A stretch of 38,951 bases of DNA from Nemertoderma westbladi (GCA_032718475.1 JAUCBJ010007994.1:1-38951), one strand, 5' to 3'; positions 1 to 11,676 are shown, counted from the stretch's first letter. A program made the numbers and translations. Notes: generated by a model from the letters alone, not told the origin.

Positions 1-640
1 CGCCTTGGAGGGGGGAACTGGTTAGCAAAGAAAACAAATCAGTCATATCCCAGAAAAACCTTTACAGTAGGTTTCAGAGTATTTTAGCGTATGGGGGAAA
101 AACTGGGTTGCGGGGCGAAGGGCCAGTTACATCCCACAGAAGCTTTTACACATGTCATTCGTATACACTATATCACTGTTGTTTTATTATTTTATCAGCC
201 TTTATTTGTTTTTATAGATATTCTACTTAATAGCAGGATAGGGTACACCATTGGTTTAGTTTTTATTTACTATTAATTTTTTAAAAGTTTTTAACATTTT
301 AATACCTTTATTTTAAATTTTGATTTGAGTTAGTTTTGGTGCATTATGAATTTCCGATATAATTTCAAACCATGCTCAACTTCTTCTACCGGTCTGCCAC
401 TTTACACAGCTAATATCTTTATTAAAATAGTCATAACTACTATACAGTACCATAACGGTATCGGTTTTGTATATATCTTTGTAGGTTTTGAATTGGTTGT
501 TTTAGTTAAATTATATTAATATTGTGTTTAAAATAATATACCACTGAAGACGCGCGGGAAGCGTGAAATAGCTATATGGTAAACTAATAATATTTATAAT
601 TTGAGTATGCTTATGCCACGAAAGGCATCGTTCCATTACA
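1..640 (+). mobile_element. Probable 3' end / pseudo-LTR of a Penelope-like retroelement
   Basis: AT-rich region carrying the minimal hammerhead. No RT or GIY-YIG sequence recognised in the window, so the call rests on the ribozyme alone. Confidence 0.4.
539..581 (+). ncRNA. Minimal type I hammerhead ribozyme (Penelope-like element type)
   Basis: TACCA (stem I 5') - CTGAAGA core - C - GCGC/GGGAA/GCGT (stem II, G-U closing pair) - GAAA - palindromic stem III ATAGCTAT - cleavage triplet AUA (cut after 576) - TGGTA (stem I 3'). Confidence 0.8.
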
Positions 641-1478
641 TTAACTCGCTTGATTTTTAATATAGGTACGGTAAAGTTTATTTTTTGTGAGAGTACAATT
701 TATTAGGTTTTCTGTCATCCATGGCTTAAGTGTGATGGAGCGAAGAGGGACTACGGTGCGGGGAACGTGAGAATAACATAAGTTATTAAGGTCATTGTAA
801 AAGTTGTCGAATTTATCAGAAGCGTTTAAATTGTTAGTCAATGTACTGTTGCTCAGAGACTCGATGTCGGAAGTAAATGCAGTTTGATTGAAGTTGGAGT
901 AGTCAAATTTAAATGTTTGTTTAGGAGCAACGAATATAGACGGGTATTTTTCAAGAATAACAAAAGTGGGTTGGTGGTCGGTGGTTCCAATTTTACATGA
1001 AATTGTTCCAGAAGTAGTGGAGTGGGATGTAATGTTAGTAAATATATGGTCGATTAGTGTTTCAGAGTGAATGGTGCGGTTGGATAATTCAGAATGAAAA
1101 ATTCGAGTGGGTTTGTTAATCAGTTGTACGAATCCGTAAGAAGACATTAGGTCGACATAGGAAGAGGAATCAGTGTTCGGTTTAAGTAAGTTAATATTCA
1201 TGTCGCCGGTTATAATAATGTCAAGGTTATTTTTTGTAAATTTAGAAAGTGTAGAGTCAAGTAAGGATAGAAAGTCAGCGTGAACAATGGTGTCAGGGCG
1301 ATATATTGTACCAATTATAAGAGGTTTGGAATTACGGGGACGTTTAATTTTAACCCAAGTGCTCTCGAGCCCAGCCATCTGAATATCTGGATAATCGCTG
1401 ATTTCAAGATCATTTGATACAAAAATAGCAGTACCACCTCGGTTTAATTTTTTTCTATACGAACGATTGGTGAATTGC
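641..1478 (-). mobile_element. Non-LTR retrotransposon (CR1/L2/Jockey group) ORF2 fragment, APE endonuclease
   Basis: Motifs RGGTAIFV (upstream of the called ATG), IIGTIYRP, ITGDMNINLL, QLINKPTR, TLIDHIFTN, TDHQP and KPWMT. Truncated at both ends. Confidence 0.9.
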
Positions 1479-1669
1479 GAAAAAAAAAAAACCTACTAAT
1501 AATTATGTATTACACGTGTACTCGTTAAATCCTGATGCTGCCCTGTCTCAATGTTAAATAATTATATATTCTGGAGCATTTATGAGGTACGTAGAGAGCC
1601 ACTCAAATATTAAAATGAAGAAACCCATATTTGTTATTGAATTATATTTTGGTATACGTCGCACTGACA

Positions 1670-3361
1670 TTAATTAATGGCGTCTCCAAACACATGGAGT
1701 TGATAGGAATACGTAGGGAGAACATGACCAAAATATGAACGGGAAATTATAAAGTTCTCGATGGATGGTAGAGAATCTTCCCATTTCATCCACTTCTTTA
1801 ATAGTTCTCCCTTAAGTGGATCGTCCCATGAGTGGTTTTCAAGCCACATTTGTTGTACTAAACTCCAAGCAAACAATATAATTGGGCTAATAAATCCCAA
1901 TGGATCGAAATAAGTGCTCAGGATACTTAGACAAATCCGTTTAGTCCGAACTGGATTATCTTGCTGTTTTAGCTGGAAAAACAGGATATCTCTCTCTGTG
2001 TCCCATTTCAAACCAAGCGTCTTGGTTTCTGGAAGATCGTCCTTGATTAGGTCTAGATCTTTAACTCCTCGGTCTTCTACCGGGATCGATTCCAGAAACT
2101 CACGGGAGTTGCTGGTGAATTTAGTTAATCGAAATCCACCTCTTTTCAAGCACTCTACCGTTCCTTTGGCGACATCAATGGCTTCTTCCACCGATGGGAG
2201 GGACTTTAAATTGTCGTCCATGTATATATCCCGTTTGATGTTGTCGATAACCTCTTTGGAGAAGGCGTCCCGGTTGTCATCAGCAGTGGTGCGCACTACT
2301 GAGCAGGCGTTTGAAGGGCTCGAGATGATCCCAAAAGCCTGGATGGTCATCCAGTACTCCACCGGTTTCTGGTTGAGGTCTCCTTCAGGCCACCACAGAA
2401 ATCGTAGGCTGTCTCGATCTCTATCCAGCGCCTTAACTTGTAAGAACATGCCTTCTATATCGGAGCCAAAACCGATTGAATATTGTCGTAATCTTAAGAG
2501 TATTCCCAACAAGGATTGGAGTAAGTTGGGTCCTGGCAACAACTCGGAGTTAAGGGATTGGCCCATGTAGAGGGCGGAGCCATCAAATACTACCTGGACT
2601 TCGTTGGGTTTACCGGGTTTGGTAACATAATGATGTGTTAGATAGTACGTTCTCTCAGTTATGGGTGTTCCTTCCGGTACTCGCTCCGCATGATGAATGA
2701 ATGAATGAATGAATTTGTTCAGCTGGGTCTTGTACATCTCCTTAGCGGAAGCATTTGCCGTAAGGCGTCGATGTAGTTGCGCAATTCTCTTCTCCGCCAA
2801 GGGTCGGTTGTTTATAAAATTGGGTTCTCGCCGTCGGAAAGGCAGACCAATCTCATATCTACCTTGATCTTTAAGAAAACCTGTAGTTGTTTCCTGTATC
2901 TGCTTGGCTCTTTCTTCTTCTACCGATAGGGCCTTATCGTAGGAATTGGGCTCTACAGCCTCTTGAGTAAAGAATCGTACGGCGTGTTCATCACGAGTCT
3001 TCGCGTTGTAGCGATCTATCACTTCATTCAGTTCGTCGTTGTAGTCGACTTGTCCTGCTGGATGAATGAGGTGACATAGGTTCACTTGGTTTTGCCAAGT
3101 TTCATTTTCCGTAAGGAGGTCGATGGTATTCTCCTCGTCGAAGAGTTGGTGGATATCGTCATTATCTGAGGAGTATGGGGTTCCCTCAGGTGGGTCGTCT
3201 CCCTCACTGATCTCATCTTCCCATTCACTCACCTGGTAGACTCGTTCTTTGGGTAGCCTTTCCATGAGAGTTCTACGGGAAGGGCCAGTAAAGTACCAAC
3301 CTACTCTAGTTCTTCCCGCATAGGTTTGTAGTGGTTGCGGTTGAGCAGGCCATTTCTCCAA
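1670..3361 (-). pseudogene. pol: BEL/Pao Pol: reverse transcriptase and start of the Pao RNase H region, truncated at HVFGDA
   Basis: GRTRVGWYFTGP, GRYEIGLPF, VVFDGSA, SLNSELLPGPNL, SDIEGMFLQV, LRFLWW, IYMDD, GGFRLTKFTSNS, KTLGLKWD, FDPLGFISP, LHVFGDA. Confidence 0.93.
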
Positions 3362-3852
3362 TGTCTCAAGCGCCTCATGCGCATTTTTCCGATGAGTATT
3401 TGTACTCCAGGGTAATATGTGTTGAATCTAGGTATCTCATGCTGTTGGGTGAAGTCGTCCTCATCCCAATTATAAGGTTCCACTTGGCTGGTAGCGAAGT
3501 TCTTTATCGCCACCATTTTTACTGACCTTATACTGTGTTCTCCTAGTTCATCCTGGGGGGTGGACAACGCGCCTACATAGTAGTCTGTAGTGAATGTGGA
3601 TTTCCAAACCTGCATAATTCCTGACATGTTCAACTTAGTTCGGAACTTGGGTTGTCCAGCAAAGATGTCTTCGGCTAGTTCTTTGTCGATGAATGTTCCT
3701 GTGCTGCCGGAGTCAAGGAGGGCGTTCACTATATAGCTCTTTTTGGGCCCGTGGACTCTCAACTGCACTATGGGAAATTCTCGGATTCCTACGTTGGAAG
3801 TTGGTGCTTTCCAAGATGGTTGGCGGTCAGGAGTAGTTAGGGTGAGGTCCGC
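3301..3852 (-). pseudogene. BEL/Pao aspartic protease; frameshift into the RT frame at the A-run near 3385
   Basis: PIVQLRV...NALLDSGSTGTFI catalytic motif and VQILIG. Adding one A gives IGKNAHEALETLEKWP, continuous with the RT ORF. The frame stays open upstream of the called start to a TAG near 3853. Confidence 0.88.
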
Positions 3853-5147
3853 CTACGTCCTTCTGGGCTTCTCCCCGAGGCGCACCCACGAGGCGGACGC
3901 TTTTCCACCACACTTGGGGCCAGTCCGACTGATGGTTTTATCAGACCGGGCCGGAAGGTAGCCCGATGCTTCCCGGGTTCAATTTTCAATCCCCCGATCA
4001 CACCGGCACAGCTCGTCAGTGTAGCCAGATGGTCGGCTACTGTCAACTTACTGTGGCCTGACTGTACATTGAGCCAACTCAGAGAGTCAACCGGCGGGTG
4101 GACCAGTTGATAGCGATCGAGCATCAAGGTCGCCCTTGAGCCAAACCGACGGTCTTGTCCCAAGTGGGCTTGCACTACCCAACATGGAATATTGACACGT
4201 TTTCACCCGCCTCGCCGGCAGTATTGAGGGGAAGTCAGTTCCGCAAACAATACTGACTAGCTCGAAAGCTAGGAACAAGTAACCACTTACCAGTCACTGT
4301 ACACGTGTACTCAACAGATGCTCACGAAATCAAGTACACAACGGTAAACACAAAATCGGACACATACCATGCACACACAGAGGACATAATCGGGGAAGAC
4401 AAAATCGGTGACAAAATCAGAGGGGACAAAATTGTATCGACTAATAAAAGAGCCGAGAGTACCTTATTTTGCCGTCAGGGCAAAATAACTTTGTGTGCAC
4501 AAAGTATGCTGGGGCGCAGTAAAGATATGGTCCTACTAATAACCAGCGGCGACTGAACCAACCGGCAAGGTTTCCCATACTCACTCGCAGTGGCCATACA
4601 CACACTCACGTATACCACGTACCCACAGCAACAGAAAGCTCAAGCAAACTGCCACTGATCGTCCACACACAAACCACAGATTCCAGAGTATCATTCACTC
4701 AGACCACACTACCACCATCCCCTCCTTGCAGCGGATATTCCGGGTGCTACCTCCATTCCAATAGTAGTACAAACAGAATCATCAGAATCCTGCCCATTCC
4801 GATGCAACACCTCCATTCCAATAGTGCTACCCTGGGAAAAGACACGTTTCGGCAACCGATAGGAGACAGCAAAGAGTCTGGTCAACTCATACATACCAAA
4901 CATAGACCTACCACATAGACCACATAGACCACAGATCACACCAAGCCACCACCCCTACTGTGTACAGGACTGGCAGTACGGCAACAGGCCGACTAGACGG
5001 TACCACGGCACCATGTTGATTCATGGTTCGCTAGACACGAGGGCCTTCAGTAACTCCCTTGCACTATAGAAACGATTTAACATGCCCCCAGACCCTCACG
5101 AGTCCGCCGCCGCCTGTTGATAGCACCCCTATAGAGACCTCACCTCC

Positions 5148-6611
5148 TTAGGCACTATCGGTTTCTTTCTCATACGTAAGTGCTCGATACACTGCGGTAT
5201 TTATTAGGTAACAGGATTCGTTTTCGTCGGAGAATTCATCCGTATAGAATCCTTCCATCTCAGAACTTTGGTCAGTGTCGTTCACATCACTGAATTGGAC
5301 ATGTAGTTCGGGCACACTTACCTGACTCGGGCTGTTTCTTTCGAATTCAGTGTGCAACAAGATATGATGTTTCGCGCCGCACTTAGCACACCTTGCGTTG
5401 GAGTAACAGGTTCGCCGTTGGTGTCCTTGTCTGAGGCAATTATAACACAACCGCTTATCCCACATGACTTCACGTCTATCTTTTAATGATTTCTTTAGGA
5501 ATTCATCACACACACTTAAACGGTGGGGCCCGTCGCACAGTACACATTTTGGTTTGATGTTACTTACCTTACTTTGAGTAACGTTGTGCACACTCGTTCT
5601 TTCCTCGGGCTTTCTTCCATGAATTCTCTTAGGAGACGTAGAAGGAGTTTTTCTTACCTGTTCTCTCCTGTCACTGGTTCGAGACTTGAATTTACTTACG
5701 TCTTTAGGCGCTTTGTTGACATAATAAGATCTTTCAGTGTCTTTCCCGCTGTCCTCCTCTTGAGAGGCCTGGCTTTCGCCGTCATCTGTATAACACACTG
5801 GTGTTACCTTTCTCCTAGAAACAGGTTTCTCACTTACCTTATTTTCCGGTGTCTTCTCTCTGGACTGCTTTAGGAGCTGTAATTTTACCTCTCCATCTAA
5901 GAATGACATGAGATCAGCCATGGTAGGGTCTCGTCGTTGTTGTTCCATCATATATAACACTTTCTTATCCCAACGTGTACCTACTCCACCTTTTGGCAAA
6001 GTAGATGCTACGGCTCCAATATCCATAGAACTCTGATATTCATGAGACTTACCTAGCCAATCTAATTGTCTACAGATCTCCTGAATCTCATCGGAAAACT
6101 CTATAATCCCGCTGCTAATGAACTTTCGGGGCGCTACCAATTTTGCATACAAATACCTAGCTATGTTATTCCTATTACCATACCTGATGTTTAGTGTATT
6201 CCAAACTTGTCTTAATCCATCTGGATGTCCAATAAACTTTAACGCCATTAACTTGGGAGATCCTTCCAAGCACTCGATGAGGAATCTAAGTTTCTCTCCG
6301 TTAGATAACACAGAGTTCTGTATGTTATCTTTGTAATATTCATTAAAAGGTAACCATTTCATCTCATCTCCATTGAACTTGACGATCTCTCCCACCTTTA
6401 CCGCTTGACGGGCTTCGGTTCTAGCCATTTGACGCGTAAAACTTTCTTGGGCCATCGTATTATTTAATATCGAGTTATCGGTATATAAATTTCTCGGATT
6501 ATTATCAGGTCTATATGGAATATCATTGTCAACAGGTTTATAATTACCCTTAATAGGGTTTACTATAGGAGTTTCTACTTCACTAGCAGTATAGATGCGT
6601 GTAGGCTCCAC
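5148..6611 (-). CDS. gag: BEL/Pao Gag (DUF1759-like core plus three zinc knuckles)
   Basis: KFNGDEMKWLPF...EKLRFLIECLEG...LNIRYG core; CVLCDGPHRLSVC, LCYNCLRQGHQRRTC and CAKCGAKHHILLH. Confidence 0.92.
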   Translation of the reverse strand: MEPTRIYTASEVETPIVNPIKGNYKPVDNDIPYRPDNNPRNLYTDNSILNNTMAQESFTRQMARTEARQAVKVGEIVKFNGDEMKWLPFNEYYKDNIQNSVLSNGEKLRFLIECLEGSPKLMALKFIGHPDGLRQVWNTLNIRYGNRNNIARYLYAKLVAPRKFISSGIIEFSDEIQEICRQLDWLGKSHEYQSSMDIGAVASTLPKGGVGTRWDKKVLYMMEQQRRDPTMADLMSFLDGEVKLQLLKQSREKTPENKVSEKPVSRRKVTPVCYTDDGESQASQEEDSGKDTERSYYVNKAPKDVSKFKSRTSDRREQVRKTPSTSPKRIHGRKPEERTSVHNVTQSKVSNIKPKCVLCDGPHRLSVCDEFLKKSLKDRREVMWDKRLCYNCLRQGHQRRTCYSNARCAKCGAKHHILLHTEFERNSPSQVSVPELHVQFSDVNDTDQSSEMEGFYTDEFSDENESCYLINTAVYRALTYEKETDSA

Positions 6612-6614
6612 ACC

Positions 6615-8723
6615 TTACGCATGAAATACTTCAGACCTAACAGGTTGACACATTGTTACAGGGGGTGGTGGTATACCCTTTTGTGTATTTACTAATTTAT
6701 CGCGTTCTAACGCGATACTCTGCTGCACTTCTTGCAACTCTAACCTACTTGCCCTTACTGTTCCCTTGAACTGTTGAACAGTCTCCTGCATCTGCCCGAG
6801 CAGGAGATCCATCCCCCGCCGTCCCTCATCCACCCACTCGACCGCCGAAGCGGGAGCCGCCAACATAGTAGCGGGTAGATGAGGGACAACGGGCGACAAA
6901 TCGTTGATATTTCGCTCGGAGTCCAGGACAGGAACTGTCTCAGGGGCGGTTCTGCTGGGCACAGGTAGTTTAGTGCTGTGCAAAGGGAATTTAGAGGTAA
7001 GTTCTGGGAGTACAGGTGTCTCTATCACCGAAGGGGTGGCTTCGAGAACAGGCCTAATTATTTCAGGCTCATCTACTATAGTAGGGAGTCTTTCTACTCT
7101 AATAATTTGGTCTGTGGGTTCTGTACTACCTAAGTCTGTGCTAGCTAGTTGCCTTCTCACAGCTGGGGGCAAATTAGGCAATTTCTGACGGTGGGGCGTT
7201 CTTCTACGCCTACTTAGACGAGATCTATTTCCTCCGCCTTCAGGATCGGTGGTATCGCCTTCATCAGATGATGTAAATCCCTGTCTTTTGGGAGTAGATC
7301 GACTTATCATCTGCATTTGACTAGCTGTTAACTGTTTATTTATGTAGTCTTGCTTCTCTTGAAGATTTTCCAACTCTAGTTGGGTGGTCTCTTCAGCCCC
7401 CCTCCGTTCTGCTTCTGCCACTGCCTCTGCCGCTTTTCTTTCCGCTTCGGCCGCTTTTCTTTCCACTTCTGCGGCCTTTCTTTCAGCTTCTGCGGCTGCC
7501 ATTGCCGCTTTCCTTTCAACTTCTGCTGCTGCCGCTGCTGCTATCTTTCTGTCTTCTATACGTTTTTTCTTTACTTGTTCTTCTTGGACCCTAGCGATGC
7601 GGATGCTTTCATCAAATTTAGCTTTATTCGCAGCTAACATTTCCGCATCTATTGCGTCCAACACAAGCTTGGCTCCTTCACTATTAGGACGAAGTCCAGC
7701 CAGCCTTCTTCTCAACTCTTCGTCACCTAGAAATTGTTGATAGTCTGACAGATAGATGTCAATAGCGTCCTTCTTCTGCGGTTTCTCTGCTGTCGCTTCG
7801 CTTTCCACTTGAGAAAAGGTAGCGTCTGTTGATTCTCCGTGGGTTGAGCGCTCAGCCAGCTGAAATTTACACTGGGCCGTTCCTTGAACCTTGAGACTCA
7901 CCCGCTGAAACCAAGTCTTTACGGCAACTTGCAACGACGTGTCTTGTCTTCTTTTCGAAGCTTCCTCAAAGGCCGATAGGATTAGTCTGATTCTTAGAAT
8001 TCTTTCTCTAACTTGATAAAGCAGCTCTCCCTGCTCTTGAGGTCCTTGGGGTTGTTGAAACAGTTGTTCCTCTAATCGCTCCAAAGAGCTGAAGAATCTC
8101 TGTACATATCCTGCTGCCGACCTCTTCCACACAGCTGGATCACTAGTGTCTGTTGTCACTCCCATCCTGTGTAAGTCTTCCCAGGCAGCTTCCGATAAGT
8201 TAAACGGAAGTCCGGGTCCGGGGAAGTTCCATTGCGACTCGACAATAGACTTCAGTTCCTCCCTTGTGTATCCCTTATAACTGTCCTTGGTCGATCGCTT
8301 ACTTCTCGCCCAATCGATTTGGTGTTCCTCCACCGCAATTAATACCCTAGTGAGTACGGCTGCAGGAAGAATGAGAAGGGGATCTGAATAAACCGCATCT
8401 GCCATCTTTGCTCCGTGCTCGGGTGCCAGCTCTACAATATCTGAACTACTGGAGCTATCGGGCCGCTGAGAAATAAGTTCTCGGCTCGAGTGTTGCTGCT
8501 GTTTAACAGCTGCTTCTTGGTCCCGCTTGACTTGAGCCCGAGTGCCTATGATAGACCTACAGTGTTTGACTAGCCTAGGGTCTGATACTACTACTGGAGG
8601 GGTGATCTTTCTTACAGTAGGAGGTGAGTTGAACTTCGGTCTCAAACGTTCCGCACTCCTATCTGGGTCACAGATGGTTGTATCTAGGAGACTGTCTGAC
8701 AGGTTTTGCTTTGTGTCAGACAT
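6615..8723 (-). CDS. 702-aa N-terminal Gag extension / ORF with coiled-coil AAEAERK repeats
   Basis: Long intact ORF in the same frame as gag, separated by a single TAA (CAT GCG TAA GGT GTG GAG). Confidence 0.7.
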   Translation of the reverse strand: MSDTKQNLSDSLLDTTICDPDRSAERLRPKFNSPPTVRKITPPVVVSDPRLVKHCRSIIGTRAQVKRDQEAAVKQQQHSSRELISQRPDSSSSSDIVELAPEHGAKMADAVYSDPLLILPAAVLTRVLIAVEEHQIDWARSKRSTKDSYKGYTREELKSIVESQWNFPGPGLPFNLSEAAWEDLHRMGVTTDTSDPAVWKRSAAGYVQRFFSSLERLEEQLFQQPQGPQEQGELLYQVRERILRIRLILSAFEEASKRRQDTSLQVAVKTWFQRVSLKVQGTAQCKFQLAERSTHGESTDATFSQVESEATAEKPQKKDAIDIYLSDYQQFLGDEELRRRLAGLRPNSEGAKLVLDAIDAEMLAANKAKFDESIRIARVQEEQVKKKRIEDRKIAAAAAAEVERKAAMAAAEAERKAAEVERKAAEAERKAAEAVAEAERRGAEETTQLELENLQEKQDYINKQLTASQMQMISRSTPKRQGFTSSDEGDTTDPEGGGNRSRLSRRRRTPHRQKLPNLPPAVRRQLASTDLGSTEPTDQIIRVERLPTIVDEPEIIRPVLEATPSVIETPVLPELTSKFPLHSTKLPVPSRTAPETVPVLDSERNINDLSPVVPHLPATMLAAPASAVEWVDEGRRGMDLLLGQMQETVQQFKGTVRASRLELQEVQQSIALERDKLVNTQKGIPPPPVTMCQPVRSEVFHA

Positions 8724-8854
8724 GTTTGTTTGTACAGTTGAATGCCTACTGCTATAATTACAGTTAAAGCAAGTCTAGTAATTCAGTATCACTGTTAGCC
8801 TAGTAATTTATTACCGATACCGTTACTCAGTGTAACGTGATATTTATACAATAT

Positions 8855-9125
8855 ATTAGAATACCGGTATACACTTATAGTATATAAGTATTACTACGGA
8901 TCGAATATTAGGGTTCGTCACAGAATACCGGTATATAATTTCAGCGCAAATATATAAAAATATATAATAAGCCTATCGGGAATACCGGTATACAGCATAC
9001 ACTTATAGTATATATAAATATAATTATAATTATAGACTAGAATTAATTACAGAATACCGGTATATAATTTCAGCTTAAATTTATAGAATAAATATAATAA
9101 GCCTATTGTAAATACCGGTATGTCA
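8855..9125. repeat. Degenerate tandem repeat in the presumed BEL 5' UTR
   Basis: AATACCGGTAT recurs five times at ~60-70-bp spacing, forming a ~130-bp higher-order unit. Confidence 0.7.
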
Positions 9126-10065
9126 ATTATTTTAGAATAATTGAATTTCTGAATTTTAGGGGTTACTTGGTTACTTTACTTTACTTTATTACCGTTATTT
9201 AAGCAGTAGTCCAACTGATATTAAGACCTAATTGTTGTATGACAGGCCTACTATTTTATAAATCGGTTTGAGTTGATTTATAATATATATACCCGTATAA
9301 TGGGTTTTTGTCGATGTTTGAAATAAATGTTATTATTTCTGGGAAGGAGTCACTACACAGAAGCTGTGCGCTCTCAGTGAAGTGCTACTTGTTGGACACT
9401 AAAACAAATAATTCTACTTGCCTAAGTTACTTATTACTACAAATTATGTACAATTGCGGGGTGAGATTACAATCTCTAAATAAACACAAAAATTACACGT
9501 ACGAATTTTTAGGGTTAATTTTACAAGAAGTCTACAAACCAGCCTAACAAGGGGTTAGAATTTGTGGTTATTACAAACGGACAGGATACTACGTTATTTG
9601 AAAATAATAAAGCAGTAGTAAATATATTGCGTTGTCTAGATAAGAAAATACCACCGTCTGACGACTTATAGCCGTAGCGCTATAAGTACTACGTTATGTA
9701 CCCGGAGTGTTCCTACCTAGAAGTTAATTACCGCAGCCTACTATAGCTAACGTGCCTATTAACCACTTTACAACACAAATATACTGCCTACACACTAATT
9801 ACCTTCGTTAAGCACTGTACACTAAACCCTAAATTAGGTACAAGTACTTATACAACAAATAACCAGCAGTTAAAAGTACTTGTACAGCTAAAAGAACCAC
9901 GGTATCTGCCGGAGTGACCAGAGCATAAAATCACCAGTCTTTACCTACGCCAAACAGTCCTGATGTAGTACCGGGGTTAATTTAACTATAACGGTATGTA
10001 TAACAAGCACAATTACTGTAGGAATAAACTTGGGGGTGTGAATGTTGCGAATAATCGCATAAACT

Positions 10066-11120
10066 CTGAAAAATACGAGATTCGGAAAATAAACCAAAAT
10101 TGAAATTTTAACGAATTTATATAGGTTTTCCAGACCGCTGAATCGATTGAAAGTAATATAGAAGCCTGAAGACTTAGAAGTTAGCCATTTTTTGAAATCA
10201 AAACTTTAGTGTTTTTTCCGAATAAAGTAATTTTGAAAATTTGAAGTGCCACGCCCTAATTTTGGTGCATCGAAAATTATGTACACAAAGGATTTGAGGA
10301 TTCTATATTACTTTCAATCGATTCAGCGCTCCAGAAAACCTATAAAATTAATTTGAAATCAAAACTTTAGTGAATTTTCCGAATCTCGTATTTTTCAAAA
10401 TTTGAAGTGACACGCCCTAGTTTTGGTGCACCAAAAATGGCGAACCACTAAGTCGTCAGGCTTCTATATTACTTTCAATCGATTCAGCGCTCCAGAAAAC
10501 CTATAAAAATGCTTTGCAAATCAAAACTTTAGTGTATTTTCCAAATCTCGTATTTTTTAAAATTTGAAGTGCCACGCCCTAATTTTGGTGCACCAAAAAT
10601 GGCGAACCACTAAGTCTTCAGGCTTCTATACTACTTTTAATCGATTCAGCGCTCCAGAAAACCAATAAAAATGCTTCGAAATCAGAACTTTAGTAAATTT
10701 TCCGAATAAAGTAATTTTGAAAGTTTAAAGTGCCACGCCCTAAATTTGGTGCTCCAAAAATGATGTACCACTACACTTACATACTTGTATAGAGCATTAG
10801 AGTGATCCAAACCAGTAAAAATAAATAAAAATAGCCCAAACATAAATAATTACTAAATCACGAATGACTTTGTAAAATTCGAAAATTTCAAAAAATTTGG
10901 TGCTGGAGACCAAATTTTCAGGTGGCACCCACATCGAAAAGTAGAAATCCAATTGCAACGGCGTTTTTTGTAAAAGATGCGGCATTAAATTTGGCTAATT
11001 CTCACAAAAAATTGGGCCGGTACGTAATGTGGTTGCATAGTTACAGCAACTATAAACTAGGAAGGGGCCGATTCGCCCCCCCCCCCCCCCCCCCCCCCCC
11101 CCCAGTGGTAATAGGGTTAA
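10066..11120. mobile_element. Non-autonomous DNA transposon, piggyBac-like right end, with internal ~161-bp tandem units
   Basis: Ends in poly-C...AGTGGTAATAGGG|TTAA. TTCTATATTACTTTCAATCGATTCAGCG units at ~10301, 10462 and 10624, with an inverted unit at ~10066-10190. Left TIR not found. Confidence 0.6.
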
Positions 11121-11235
11121 TCTGCGTTCACGGATGGTAGTTGATACAGCTGGTAGTATTGCACCATGTATTGCTTGGCGTTTGCTATGCGTGTTGCCTC
11201 TAGCTGATGTTCATGGCTGCCCTTAGCAGTCAATG
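11121..11235 (-). mobile_element. Short RTE-clade RT C-terminal fragment
   Basis: Frameshifted LLRAAMNIS*RQH...GAILPAVSTTIRERRL, cut at the TTAA site. Confidence 0.55.
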
Positions 11236-11510
11236 GCGTAGCTAGGGTTTTAGATTGGGAGGTGGGCTATTTTTGCAAAATTTTTGGAGATTTATTAGAC
11301 TTGACAATGGTATAAATTTTGACCCATTCGAATATATTATAGTATGACATGATAATGTTAATGTTTCAAAAATATTGACTGTACTGTTCGCGCTTTTAAG
11401 ACTTCGAATAATTTTCAACATCAAATTTTATTATCACAGAAATCTTGCTTAATTTTTCCAAACGTGTTTACACAACACTTTAGGGGTTTATATATAAAAT
11501 AATACTATAC

Positions 11511-11644
11511 CTTCTGAATCAATGTCTTCCGAGCCTTCGTCACTTTCATCGACATCCTCCACTGCCACAGATTCCCGATAGAACGGCTTATATCCGACTT
11601 TGGGCCGCCATCTAGTGCTTGGCGATGGTATACCACTAGCCCAA
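11511..11644 (-). CDS. Host gene, exon 3 (WASGIPSPSTRWRPKVGYKPFYRESVAVEDVDESDEGSEDIDSE)
   Basis: Acceptor TTGTTCTTTAG|, donor AAG|GTATAG; 134 nt, phase 2 to 1, compatible with exon 2. Confidence 0.68.
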
Positions 11645-11676
11645 CTAAAGAACAACATTATGTTATATTTTTTGTA

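Larger units (their letters stand above)
1670..10040 (-). mobile_element. BEL/Pao LTR retrotransposon, truncated (no integrase, no LTR recognised)
   Basis: Domain order Gag (zinc knuckles) - protease - RT - start of RNase H, preceded by ~1.3 kb of AT-rich presumed 5' UTR. The upper boundary is approximate. Confidence 0.9.

Noticed and set aside
3375-3395. Programmed -1 frameshift between protease and RT
   Set aside because: No canonical X XXY YYZ heptamer in frame; a 1-nt deletion in an A-run is simpler.
1914-8757. Plus-strand ORFs overlapping the BEL element (e.g. 1914-2570, 7384-7740)
   Set aside because: Antisense shadows of real minus-strand coding sequence.
9658-9687. CTGACGA followed by a hairpin, resembling a hammerhead
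   Set aside because: No GAAA after the stem and no stems I or III.
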